This document shows, piece by piece, positions 52,345 to 61,404 of a stretch of DNA of 64,000 bases. The DNA lies in NCBI GenBank assembly GCA_964446575.1, contig CAYUOX010000052.1, positions 180 through 64,179 on the forward strand, given 5' to 3'. Numbering within the stretch: the stretch's first letter is position 1; the number at the start of each line of letters is the position of its first letter. The position numbers and the translations under genes are program-made. Origin of the DNA: an uncultured Anaerolineaceae bacterium. GTDB taxonomy: Bacteria; Chloroflexota; Anaerolineae; Anaerolineales; DRMV01. The notes under the pieces are model-generated. The model made no database searches and was not told where the DNA came from. It was given only the letters and a program-made list of their open reading frames with translations.

Positions 52345-53337
52345 TCAGGCGGCCCACACGGCTTGATAGGCGGCGGCGAACAGGGCGGGCGTGCCGCCGG
52401 TGTGCCAAAACAGCACCCGGGTGTTTGGGGGAAAGGCATCCGCTCGGGCCAGGCCCAGCAGCCCGGCCAGGCCGCGGCCCGTGTAGACGGGGTCGACCAG
52501 CAAGCCCTCGCGGCGCGCGGCCAGGCGAATGGCCTCGGCCTCGGCCGCGGTGAACACCGCGTAGCCGGGCTCGGCCCAACGGTCGTAGACTTCGATGTCG
52601 GCCGCGCGCACGGTCGCGGGCAACCCCCACAAGGCCAACGCTTGGTTGGCCAGGTCAGCCACCCGCGCCGCCAGCACCGCGCGGGGTTCGTCCACGCTGA
52701 TGCCGATGATGCGGCCCGTGAAGCCCAGGGCCCGCGCGCCGGCCACCAGCCCGGCTTGGGTACCGCCCGACGATGAGGCCAGCACGATGACCTCGGGCGG
52801 CGGGTGCATTTGGGCCAACAGTTCGGCCAGCGCGTCCGCGTACGCGGTCGCGCCCAATGCGTTGGAGCCGCCGTAAGGAATCAGGTACGGCCGACGACCT
52901 TGGTCGCGCAATTGGGCTACCGTGGCGTGCAACGCCTGATCGCGGTGCGCGCGGTCGGTCCACACCAAGCGCGCGCCAAAGAGCGCGTCCAGGGCCAGGT
53001 TGCCCCCGGCCTGGGCCGGTGTTTGGGGTTCGCCGGCCAACACCAACACCGCCTCCAGCCCCAATCGGGCCGCCGCGGCCGCGGTTTGTCGGCAGTGGTT
53101 CGATTGGGTCGCGCCCGCGGTCACCAGCACATCCGCGGCTTGGGCTTGCGCGTCGGCCAGCAGATATTCCAACTTGCGGGTCTTGTTGCCGCCGAAAGCC
53201 AAGCCGGTCAAGTCGTCGCGCTTGACCCACAAATCGAGCCTGGTGGGCAACGCCGCGGCCAGCCGAGGCAGTGGTTGCACCGGCGTAGGCCGAACGGCCA
53301 GGTTCAGGCGGGGCAATGCGTGCCAAGGGAGGGTCAT
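52345..53337 (-). CDS. PLP-dependent D-cysteine desulfhydrase / ACC deaminase family protein
   Basis: 'LWVKRDDLTGLAFGGNKTRKLEYLLADA...VTAGATQSNHCRQTAAAAARLGL'. Confidence 0.88.
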   Translation of the reverse strand: MTLPWHALPRLNLAVRPTPVQPLPRLAAALPTRLDLWVKRDDLTGLAFGGNKTRKLEYLLADAQAQAADVLVTAGATQSNHCRQTAAAAARLGLEAVLVLAGEPQTPAQAGGNLALDALFGARLVWTDRAHRDQALHATVAQLRDQGRRPYLIPYGGSNALGATAYADALAELLAQMHPPPEVIVLASSSGGTQAGLVAGARALGFTGRIIGISVDEPRAVLAARVADLANQALALWGLPATVRAADIEVYDRWAEPGYAVFTAAEAEAIRLAARREGLLVDPVYTGRGLAGLLGLARADAFPPNTRVLFWHTGGTPALFAAAYQAVWAA

Positions 53338-53353
53338 GGCATTTCTCTCCGAC

Positions 53354-54442
53354 TCAGGGCCACCACATGTACAGCAACGTCGGCGCCGGCCCCAGGGATT
53401 CGGGCCACTTCATGGCCGTGCTCAGCGAGATTCCCCCACCTGACCACACCCCGTTCAGCAGCGCGGCCAAGGGCGAGTAACCCGGGTAGTAGCGCACCAC
53501 ACGCGGCGGGCCTTCGATGTGCCCCATCTTCGCGGCTTTGGCGATGGCGTCGTCCTCATAGCCCAGCGCGTCGATGAGCCCCAGTTCGACCGCGTCCTCG
53601 GCCAGATAAACACGACCGTCGGCCAGTTCGCGCACCTTGTTCACTTCCATGTCTCGGCCTTTGGCCACCACTTGGATGAAATTGTCGTGAACTTCTTGCA
53701 GCATGTCCTCAAAATACGCGCGTTCTTCAGGCGTCATGGCGCGATACACGCTGCCCATGTCCTTGGCCTCGCCCGCGGTAATCACCTCGGCCTCCAAGCC
53801 GATCTTTTCCATGAGCCCTTGCGCGTTGAGAAAGACCGCGATCACGCCGATGGAGCCGGTCATGGTGTTGGGATTGGCGATGATGTAGTCTGCGGCCATG
53901 CTGATGTAATAACCACCCGAAGCCGCGACTTCGTCCATGTACACGATGAGGGGCTTGTCGACCTGGTTCAGCGCGTGATAGAGCCGATCGCTGGCCACCA
54001 CGCTACCGCCGGGGGTGTTCACATGCAACACGATGGCCCGCACGTCGGGGTCATCTTCCAGTTGGCGCACCAGGGGGATGATGTCTGCGGCCGCGGCTTG
54101 GGTGTTCGCGGCCCAGGGCGAAGTTTGCCCTTCGCTCACAATAGGGCCGACCACCTGCACAATGGCCACCGTGGGCCCGCTGAAGGGGCCTGAGACATGT
54201 TCGCTGTACACCGAACTGGCCACGGGCGCGCCGGCCGAAGCGCTCATGCCGGCCAGCGCGCTCCCAGCGAAGCACGAAAACATCAGGATGCTCAGGCCGC
54301 ATGCGGGCAGCAAAAAGCCTAAGGCCACGCCGATGAGGCTCCAGCGGGCCAAGCGGGCCGCGCCCCCGTCGGTGGACGGCGCGCGCGGCGGGGTCCGACG
54401 CGAGGATGTCGCCGGCTGCGGGGGCAGCGCGGAGTGAGTCAT
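53354..54442 (-). CDS. sppA: Signal peptide peptidase SppA (36K type)
   Basis: N-terminal TM, 'NTPGGSVVASD', 'MDEVAASGGYYISMAAD' and 'TGSIGV' (S49 family). Confidence 0.88.
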   Translation of the reverse strand: MTHSALPPQPATSSRRTPPRAPSTDGGAARLARWSLIGVALGFLLPACGLSILMFSCFAGSALAGMSASAGAPVASSVYSEHVSGPFSGPTVAIVQVVGPIVSEGQTSPWAANTQAAAADIIPLVRQLEDDPDVRAIVLHVNTPGGSVVASDRLYHALNQVDKPLIVYMDEVAASGGYYISMAADYIIANPNTMTGSIGVIAVFLNAQGLMEKIGLEAEVITAGEAKDMGSVYRAMTPEERAYFEDMLQEVHDNFIQVVAKGRDMEVNKVRELADGRVYLAEDAVELGLIDALGYEDDAIAKAAKMGHIEGPPRVVRYYPGYSPLAALLNGVWSGGGISLSTAMKWPESLGPAPTLLYMWWP

Positions 54443-54490
54443 GCTCTTCCTCCCAGGCGAGGGGATAGGCGGCCGTGCGGGCCCGCGTTC

Positions 54491-54499
54491 ATCTTATCA
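54491..54499 (-). promoter_or_regulatory. Extended -10 promoter candidate (TGaTAAGAT) for sppA-dcyD-gyrA
   Basis: The minus strand reads ...AAATGTGATAAGATGAAC..., about 50 nt upstream of the sppA ATG. Confidence 0.35.
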
Positions 54500-54854
54500 C
54501 ATTTCGCGGCTTTCGCCGATGGTGGCCGGTGATGGCGCGCGCAGCGCGTTTTTGGCTTCACCCAGCCCCATGCCGCGCCCCGAACCTGGACGGCTCGCGT
54601 GGGTGCGCCGCGGGGGCCGCGCCTGGCGCGGCCTTCGCATTGCCGCGCGCCGAGGCGATGCGAGTTTTGGTGAAGGGGGGCTTGGGCAGCCCTGCCCCAG
54701 TTAGGGGCGCTGTGACCCGCGCGGCAGGGCCGGAGCCCAGCCCCGCGAAGGCCGCGAATTCGCGAGGCCGCATCGCTCCGGCCCTGGGTCCTGGTATCCG
54801 AGACGCGCCACAACGGCCCGCCCGCGCGTCCAGTAGGGGTGCCTTGGCCGCGGC

Positions 54855-56642
54855 TCATTCCTCCAACAAGGGGATGATTTGGAAGCGCTCCACATCCACC
54901 AGCCCTTTGTCGGAGATGCGCAGTTCAGGAATGACCACCAGCGCCAGCAGACTGAGTTGCATGTTCGCGTCTTCCATGTCGCAGCCGCAGGCCCGAAAGC
55001 CTTCCAGCACACGGCGGGCTTTATCCGCGACCACTTCGGCCCGTTCCGTCGACATAAGGCCGGCGATGGGCAGTTCCACCAACCCGATGACCTGACCGTC
55101 TTTGACCACGACCTGACCGCCGCCGACTTCGGCCAATTTGTTCGCGGCCACGGCCATGCTTTCTTCGTCCGTGCCCACCACCAGCATGTGATGGCTGTCG
55201 TGGGCCACGGTTGAGGCTACCGCGCAGGGCTCGCGGAAGCCAAAGCCGTGCACCAACCCCATCTGCACTTGGCCCGTGCCCCGGTGGCGTTCCACCAGTG
55301 CAACCTTGGCGACATCGTAATCATAATTGGCCCGAACCTCGCCGGCCTCGATGGGCAGTTCCATGACCAAGTGCTTCGTGGGCGCTTGCCCCTCGACCAC
55401 GCCGATGACATGGGCGCGCACCCGCCCCATGTACGCGGCCGTGGGGATGCGAAAATCGTCCGCGGTGAGCGGGCGGGCCAAGTGGACCGATTGCCGGGCC
55501 CAGTCGGGGTAGGTATAGGGCGGCAACTCCGCGACCCAGCGCCCGTTTTCGGCCAGCCAGCGTCCTTTGGCCATGACCCGCACCGCGCGGAAGGCCTTCA
55601 GGTCAGGCACCAGCAGAATGTCCGCGTAGCGGCCTGGCGCGATCAACCCCACATCCCGGCTCACGCCAAAGTGCTCAGCCGTGTTCAGCGTGGCCATTTG
55701 GATTGCGGTGATGGGCGGTACGCCATGGCGGATGGCTTCCCGCACGACCCGATCCATGTGGCCCTCGTGCACCAACGTGCCCGCGTGACAGTCATCGGTG
55801 CACAGCAAGAAGTGCCGCGGATCCAGCCCGTGCTCGGTGATGGCAGGCACTTGGGCGGCCACATCGCGCCAGCCCGAGCCCAAGCGCAGCATGGCCTTCA
55901 TGCCTTGGCGCACGCGCGCGATCGCGTCTTCCGCGCGCGTGCCTTCGTGATCGTCCTCGGGCCCGCCGGCCACATAGCCGTGGAAGGGCAAGCCCAAGTC
56001 GAGACTGGCGTAGTGCCCGCCAATGACCTTGCCTGCGGCCGCGGTCGCGGCCATTTCGTCCAACATCTTGCTGTCGCCGTTGAACACGCCCGGAAAGTTC
56101 ATCATCTCGCCCAGGCCAATGATGCCTTCCCACTGCATGGCCTCGGCCACGTCGTCGGGCGTGATGGTCGCGCCCGCGGTCTCCAGCCCCGGCGCGGAGG
56201 GGACGCACGAAGGTACCTGCACCCACACATGGATGGGTTGCACTTGGGCCTCGTCCACCATCAGCCGCACGCCCTTGAGACCGAACACATTGGCGATCTC
56301 ATGGGGATCCACGAACATGCCCGTGGTACCCCAAGGCACCACGGCCCGCACGAATTCGGTGACCGTGACCATGCCCGATTCGATGTGCATGTGGGCATCC
56401 AACAAGCCGGGCACCAAATACATGCCTTGGGCGTCGACGACCTGGGTGTGCTCGCCGATGGTGTGCGACGCGTCGGGCCCGACGAACGCGATGCGTTCGC
56501 CTTTGATGGCGATATCGGTGCCGGGCAAAATCTCGCCCGACTGCACGCTCACCCAGCGCCCGTTGCGGATGACGATGTCCGCGGGTGCACGGCCCATGGC
56601 TACGTCCACTAAGGCTTTACGCCACGCGCTCCAGGGGTGCAT
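54855..56642 (-). CDS. ade: Adenine deaminase
   Basis: 'GLLDAHMHIESGMVT', 'VDPHEIANV' and an amidohydrolase fold plus the C-terminal Adenine_deam_C-like region. AAGGAGGAAG RBS before the ATG at 56642. Confidence 0.88.
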   Translation of the reverse strand: MHPWSAWRKALVDVAMGRAPADIVIRNGRWVSVQSGEILPGTDIAIKGERIAFVGPDASHTIGEHTQVVDAQGMYLVPGLLDAHMHIESGMVTVTEFVRAVVPWGTTGMFVDPHEIANVFGLKGVRLMVDEAQVQPIHVWVQVPSCVPSAPGLETAGATITPDDVAEAMQWEGIIGLGEMMNFPGVFNGDSKMLDEMAATAAAGKVIGGHYASLDLGLPFHGYVAGGPEDDHEGTRAEDAIARVRQGMKAMLRLGSGWRDVAAQVPAITEHGLDPRHFLLCTDDCHAGTLVHEGHMDRVVREAIRHGVPPITAIQMATLNTAEHFGVSRDVGLIAPGRYADILLVPDLKAFRAVRVMAKGRWLAENGRWVAELPPYTYPDWARQSVHLARPLTADDFRIPTAAYMGRVRAHVIGVVEGQAPTKHLVMELPIEAGEVRANYDYDVAKVALVERHRGTGQVQMGLVHGFGFREPCAVASTVAHDSHHMLVVGTDEESMAVAANKLAEVGGGQVVVKDGQVIGLVELPIAGLMSTERAEVVADKARRVLEGFRACGCDMEDANMQLSLLALVVIPELRISDKGLVDVERFQIIPLLEE

Positions 56643-56712
56643 TGGTTCTTCCTCCTTGGGGGATGGGCTCCGCGCGGGCCAGGGCCCGCCGCGGGCGGGT
56701 GATGTTGTTTCT

Positions 56713-56741
56713 ACTTTAGAGCCGCGCGACCCCGTTGTCAA
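56713..56741 (-). promoter_or_regulatory. Near-consensus promoter (TTGACA-17 nt-TAAAGT) for ade
   Basis: Minus strand has TTGACA (56741..56736), a 17-nt spacer, and TAAAGT (56718..56713). Confidence 0.55.
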
Positions 56742-56789
56742 GGGGCCAGGGCGCGAACTCCCAAGGGCGGAATGCGGCCATGCCCGCGC

Positions 56790-58241
56790 TCACCGTGGCC
56801 GCTGATGCGCGCGCCATCCGCCTGCCAATGCTGCCAGCGCTGCTCCGCGTTGGTCGGGGTAGACGAACGCGTCCCATTGGTCGCGCGCGGCCCGTTGCGC
56901 GTCCTCGGGCGCGACCATGGCCCAGCCTTGGAGCGCCGCGACCGCGGCCTCTTGCCGTGGCCCGACCGCGGGCACCGCGTGCGCGGCTTGCCACAACGCA
57001 GCCCATGGCGCGCGGTCCGGGTATGCCTCCCGCCAGAGCCGTGCGATTTCAGCCAACGCTTGGCCCCGATAGCGCGGCTCGGGGATGGCGCGGGCTTGTT
57101 CCAAGCCCTGGTGCAGTGTTTCAGGCTCGGGCCACGCGCGCAGCAAATGCTGCAGCAACACGACCTGCTGCCATGGTGCAGGCTCGCGCGCGGCCCAGTC
57201 CATGCCGTAGAGCCAACCTTGGGCCGCGTCGTGCGTCGCGCCCAAACACCGTAGCGCGCGCACCCACATGGCCGCCAAGGGCGCGAAGAAGCGGGGGTAA
57301 CCGATCTCCGCGATGAGGGGCCACAAGGCCACCAAAGCCGCGATCGCGCCTAAGGCTTCATACGCGGGAAGGGCCGCGCGTAGCACTCGGGCTCGGTCGT
57401 CCATATAACCTAACCGCTCGGCTTCGGCCACGGCCTGCTCCAGCAGCGGGGTGGCGTGGTCGCGCGCGGCAACTGCAATCCACGCGCGCGCGGCCCAGGC
57501 CAAGGCCTCGCCACGATAAGGCCCAACCGGCACTTCTTGCGCGGCGCGCGCGGCCTCGGCCGCGGCCTCGTGATTCGCGGTCAGCCGGGCCAAGATCGCC
57601 CAGGCTTGCGCTCGGCTATAGGCGTCGGTCATGCGGCGCGCGCGGGCCCAAAGGTCTTCCACCAGCGGCCGCGCGCGCGTGTCGTGCAATGTGGCTGCGG
57701 CTTCGCGCAGGGCCAGGGCCACAAAGGGGTCGTCCCATTGGAGCAGCGCGCCGCGCAAGGCCGTGAACGGCGCGGGCGCGTTAGGCCAGCGTTGTGCGGC
57801 CACCAGCCAGGCCAGCCAGAGGCGCACCTGGGCCCAAGGGTCGTCCTCCGCGGCGGGGCGCGGGGCGTGGCGGAGCATGTCGGGCTGGTCGACCGAAGCC
57901 GCCGCGCGCAGCAGCGTGGCCCACGCGTCAGGGCCGGCCGTGGGGTCGGTGATGGTCTGGGCCGCGCGTTGGCCGAGCGCCAACCACGCGCGCGCCAACC
58001 CTGGCGTGGGGCTCAATTCCGCCCCGCGCGCGGCCAGGGGCACGATTTGGCCCGCGGGGAGCCCTTGGTCCAGCCGTTGTCGCGCGGCGTGAAGTGCGCG
58101 CGTGACCCCAGGCGCGCCTTCGAGGGCCCACGCGGCCTCCGCGGCGTGCAGCAGGCCCGCGACCTGGCGAGGCGTGGGGCCCAGGGGTGGTTCCGTGATG
58201 AAGGCATCCAGCGCGTGCAGCAGCCAAGACAGGGTTGTCAT
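56790..58241 (-). CDS. Ala/Trp-rich all-alpha repeat protein, unknown function
   Basis: 483-aa ORF with helical-repeat-like periodicity (recurrent 'AxAWAxLA' or 'RAQAWAILARL' type segments). The opposing-strand ORFs are Arg/Gly junk. AGGAG lies 7 nt before the ATG at 58241. Confidence 0.5.
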   Translation of the reverse strand: MTTLSWLLHALDAFITEPPLGPTPRQVAGLLHAAEAAWALEGAPGVTRALHAARQRLDQGLPAGQIVPLAARGAELSPTPGLARAWLALGQRAAQTITDPTAGPDAWATLLRAAASVDQPDMLRHAPRPAAEDDPWAQVRLWLAWLVAAQRWPNAPAPFTALRGALLQWDDPFVALALREAAATLHDTRARPLVEDLWARARRMTDAYSRAQAWAILARLTANHEAAAEAARAAQEVPVGPYRGEALAWAARAWIAVAARDHATPLLEQAVAEAERLGYMDDRARVLRAALPAYEALGAIAALVALWPLIAEIGYPRFFAPLAAMWVRALRCLGATHDAAQGWLYGMDWAAREPAPWQQVVLLQHLLRAWPEPETLHQGLEQARAIPEPRYRGQALAEIARLWREAYPDRAPWAALWQAAHAVPAVGPRQEAAVAALQGWAMVAPEDAQRAARDQWDAFVYPDQRGAALAALAGGWRAHQRPR

Positions 58242-58461
58242 GCGCATACTCCTATGGGCAGGGCCTTCAGCATAGCAGATGGCCGGGGGGTTGTCAAACC
58301 AGGCCGCGCAACGGGCGTGGTGGCCGGCGCGGGGGCAAAGCGCCCGCGCTTTAACAAAAGACTGATATTTTGTTTACGCGTCTCTTACAGCCAAAGCCTA
58401 CTTTATCAAGTGAAGCCACGGGGCAAAATCTGGTACCAACCTGAAACCAAAGGAGGCAAAG

Positions 58462-58902
58462 ATGAGCCTGATGTATTACGATCCCTTCCGCCGGATGCAG
58501 CGGCTGATGAATTTGCTGAGCGGGCTGGTGCCCGAGGAGGTGGGCGTGACCGACGCGCGGCAGACCGCGGCGCTGAGCGTGCCCATGAATGTGATCGCGG
58601 AAGAGGACGCGTTCGTCATCACCGCTTGGGTGCCGGGGTTGGATGTGGACGATTTGCGCATTGAGGTGGTGGACGATACGGTTACCATCGAGGGCGAGTT
58701 CCCGGCTTTGGAAGAGGACGAGAACCGGCAGATCCTGTTGCAGGAGATCCCCTTTGGGCGCTTCAAGCGGGTGATCACGCTGCCCACCACGTTGGAGGCT
58801 GGCGAGGCTGAGGCCGAATTGCGCAATGGCGTGTTGACCCTGCGCATTCCCAAGGCCGAGGCGTTGCGGCCCAAGACCATCAAGATCAAGGCCGCCAAAT
58901 AA
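58462..58902 (+). CDS. Hsp20/alpha-crystallin small heat-shock protein
   Basis: AAGGAGG RBS. 'PMNVIAEEDAFVITAWVPGLDVDDLRIEVVDDTVTIEGE...FGRFKRVITLPTTLEAGEAEAELRNGVLTLRIPK'. Confidence 0.92.
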   Translation: MSLMYYDPFRRMQRLMNLLSGLVPEEVGVTDARQTAALSVPMNVIAEEDAFVITAWVPGLDVDDLRIEVVDDTVTIEGEFPALEEDENRQILLQEIPFGRFKRVITLPTTLEAGEAEAELRNGVLTLRIPKAEALRPKTIKIKAAK

Positions 58903-58935
58903 GCATCAGCACGCGGCTCACCTCATGAGCATCCA

Positions 58936-58971
58936 GGACCGCGTCCGTGGGGGCGCGGTCCGTTTCTTTTT
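58936..58971 (+). terminator. Rho-independent terminator of hsp20
   Basis: Stem GGACCGCG / CGCGGTCC (58936-58943 and 58954-58961), followed by GTTTCTTTTT. Confidence 0.75.
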
Positions 58972-59053
58972 GGTGCGGAACGCGCGAGCGCGCGGCCCCG
59001 GCCGTCCGCGGAGCCGTCCCGCGGTACAATTCCGACGCGGAGGTGGATCTTCG

Positions 59054-59773
59054 ATGGCTGCCTTAACTCCTGAACAGCGCCGAGCCCTATTGGCTTATTT
59101 GGGCCAATTCGTGACCGAGCACAAGAAGCGCCGCATGCGCGCGGTATTGCCCTGGCGCACCCGGCACGTGGCTTTGGTGTTGGAGGACATCTATCAGCCT
59201 CAGAACGCCAGTGCCACGCTGCGCACCGCGGAGATCTTGGGCGTGCTCGACATCTACATCGTTGAGAACCGCAACTCGTATCGCCTCAACCCCGACGTCA
59301 CCTTGGGGGCCAACAAGTGGGTCAATTTGCACCGCTTTCGGCAGCGAGACGAGGACAACACGGCCCGCGCGTTGGCCGAACTGCGACGGCGAGGCTACAC
59401 CCTGGTGGCCACATCGCCCCATCGCGAGGGGTATACGCCCGAAGATATCCCGTTGGAACAGCCGTTGGCCTTTTGGTTCGGCAATGAGTTGGAGGGGCTC
59501 AGCCAGCAGGCCTTGGACGCGGCTGACCTGTATGTGCGCTTGCCCATGTTCGGCTTCACCGAGAGTTACAACATCTCGGTCAGCGTGGCCATTACGTTGT
59601 ACACGGTGATACGCCGCTTGCATCAGGCAGACCACATCCCTTGGCGGCTGAGCCCCGAAGAGCAAGAAGAAGTGCTGCTCACCTGGTACCGGCGGGTCAT
59701 CGGCTCCAAGGTGCAGCACATTGAGAAGGACTTTTGGCGCCGTCAGGCTCGCGGGCGCGCCGCGAGCCCATAG
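59054..59773 (+). CDS. trmH: SpoU/TrmH-family tRNA (guanosine-2'-O)-methyltransferase
   Basis: 'VALVLEDIYQPQNASATLRTAEILGV', 'FGNELEGLS' and 'IPMFGFTESYNISVSVAITLY' SPOUT motifs. Confidence 0.85.
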   Translation: MAALTPEQRRALLAYLGQFVTEHKKRRMRAVLPWRTRHVALVLEDIYQPQNASATLRTAEILGVLDIYIVENRNSYRLNPDVTLGANKWVNLHRFRQRDEDNTARALAELRRRGYTLVATSPHREGYTPEDIPLEQPLAFWFGNELEGLSQQALDAADLYVRLPMFGFTESYNISVSVAITLYTVIRRLHQADHIPWRLSPEEQEEVLLTWYRRVIGSKVQHIEKDFWRRQARGRAASP

Positions 59774-59790
59774 TCAGGACTCGCGGCGCG

Positions 59791-61083
59791 CTATTTGCGC
59801 GTCAGCCGATAGATCACCCCCGCGCCATAATCGGCCAAATAGATCTCGCCTTGCTCATCCAGGCCGAAGGTCGAGATGTGGAAGGGCGTTTCCCACAGCA
59901 AGCGGCTTTCCCAGCCTTGGTCCGTGGCCCGCAGGCCCCAGATCCGGCCAGTGCAAAAGTCCCCATACAAGTAGATGCCGTCCAATTCAGGAAGTTCACG
60001 GCCGCGATACACCTCGCCGCCGGTGATCGAGCAGCCCAGGTCGTGGCCATATTCCGCCACCGGAAAGATCAGCGTCACGCCGGGGGGTGGCGTGTCCTCA
60101 TAGGGGTGCGAACCTTCGTAATAGTCCCAGCCAAAGTTGGCGCCACCGCCTGCGCCCGCGGGCCAGAAGTTCACCTCTTCCCACAGATTCTGCCCCACAT
60201 CGGCGATGTAGAGGTCGCCAGTCTCGCGGTCGAACGCATAACGCCAAGGGTTGCGCAGGCCCCAGGCCCAAATTTCCGCGCGTCCGCCCTGGCCATCGGC
60301 AAAGGGGTTGTCGGGGGGAATGCCATACCGCGGGCCTGCGTCCACATCCAGGCGCAGCATTTTGCCCAACAAGGTGTTCAAGTTCTGGGCCCGGTCTTCG
60401 GGGTCGCCTGCCGCGCCGCCGTCGCCCAGGCCGATGTAGAGATAACCATCAGGCCCGAAGGCCAAGTGGCCGCCGTTGTGGTTGCCATAGGGTTGTTCCA
60501 CACGCAGCAGGATCTCCTCGGTGGTTGGGTCGCCGTGGTTGCTGGTGGGCGGGTCAACGCGATAGCGGGCAACCACCGTGTCGCCGTTGTGATCCGTGTA
60601 GTTGAGGAAGAACACCCCATTTTGGGCAAACTGCGGGTGAAAGGCCAGGCCCAACAGCCCTTGTTCAGATTCGCGGTTGCCCACGCGGTCGCGCAGATCC
60701 AAAAACGGCTCGGGCAGGCGCTGGCCGTTTTGCACAATCCATATCACGCCGGGTTGTTCGAGCACGAACACCCGTTGGGTCCCGTCCATGGGCGCGACGA
60801 TGGATGTGGGCTGGCGAAAGCCCTCGGCAAAGGGCTGCCATACCAGCGCGTCTGGGTCGGGCCAGGCGGGCGCCTGCGTGGGCTGGGCGGCTGGAGTGGC
60901 GGAGGGCGTGATCGCCGTCGCCGCGGCGGGGGCTGTGGGGGCCTCGGGCGTGGGTTGGGCGGTGTGGGTCACAGAGGGCAGGGTGGGCGTTGGCGCAAGG
61001 GAGGCCTGTCCCCCGCAAGCGGCCAAAGCCCAGCCGAACAGCACCCAGACCCCAAGCAGGGGGCGAAGACGAAGGCGCGTCAT
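59791..61083 (-). CDS. PQQ-dependent sugar (glucose/sorbosone) dehydrogenase-family lipoprotein
   Basis: Lipobox 'ALAAC' and a Pro/Thr linker. 'EQGLLGLAFHP', 'HNGGHLAFGPDGYLYIGLGDGG' and 'LGKMLRLDV' beta-propeller motifs. Confidence 0.88.
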   Translation of the reverse strand: MTRLRLRPLLGVWVLFGWALAACGGQASLAPTPTLPSVTHTAQPTPEAPTAPAAATAITPSATPAAQPTQAPAWPDPDALVWQPFAEGFRQPTSIVAPMDGTQRVFVLEQPGVIWIVQNGQRLPEPFLDLRDRVGNRESEQGLLGLAFHPQFAQNGVFFLNYTDHNGDTVVARYRVDPPTSNHGDPTTEEILLRVEQPYGNHNGGHLAFGPDGYLYIGLGDGGAAGDPEDRAQNLNTLLGKMLRLDVDAGPRYGIPPDNPFADGQGGRAEIWAWGLRNPWRYAFDRETGDLYIADVGQNLWEEVNFWPAGAGGGANFGWDYYEGSHPYEDTPPPGVTLIFPVAEYGHDLGCSITGGEVYRGRELPELDGIYLYGDFCTGRIWGLRATDQGWESRLLWETPFHISTFGLDEQGEIYLADYGAGVIYRLTRK

Positions 61084-61086
61084 GCG

Positions 61087-61404
61087 TCACTCCTGCGAGG
61101 ACGAGGATGGCTTCACGCGTCCCGTCACCGTAGACCGTGCCTGCAAGGCTTGCCGATACTCTTCGACCACGTCTTTGGGGGCCAATTCTAAAAAGAGGCC
61201 CACGCCGATCATGAGCACTACCGCGTCGTCCAACGGCGTAGGGATGAGGTCGGGCACGATGAAGTAGATCAGCGCGGCGATGGGCAAGATCTTGAGGTAC
61301 CACGGCACGCGCGAATCGGCCAGCAGGCGCAGGGTCAGGCGGATGTGATCTAAGCCTGGCCGAAACTTGCGCCGGTCGGAACTGCGTTTGGGCAACAGGT
61401 TCAT
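61087..61404 (-). CDS. DUF1232 (YkvA-like) membrane protein
   Basis: 'YLKILPIAALIYFIVPDLIPTPLDDAVVLMIGVGLF'. ATGA overlap with the pgk stop. Confidence 0.7.
   Translation of the reverse strand: MNLLPKRSSDRRKFRPGLDHIRLTLRLLADSRVPWYLKILPIAALIYFIVPDLIPTPLDDAVVLMIGVGLFLELAPKDVVEEYRQALQARSTVTGRVKPSSSSQE

Noticed and set aside
54753-54764. CGCGAATTCGCG (EcoRI-site palindrome) as evidence of a restriction-modification-related or cloning artefact
   Set aside because: It is a single occurrence embedded in a larger native-looking nested palindrome. No R-M genes are nearby.
55248-56612. 454-aa plus-strand ORF
   Set aside because: It is antisense to adenine deaminase and has a His/Arg/Gly-rich shadow frame.
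58250-58461. Heat-shock regulatory element (CIRCE, HAIR, ROSE) or clear promoter upstream of hsp20
   Set aside because: I found no match to the CIRCE (TTAGCACTC-N9-GAGTGCTAA) or HAIR consensus. Only weak -35/-10 combinations with non-optimal spacing are present.
59734-61191. 485-aa plus-strand ORF
   Set aside because: It is antisense to the PQQ-dependent sugar dehydrogenase gene and has a low-complexity Gly/Arg/Val composition.
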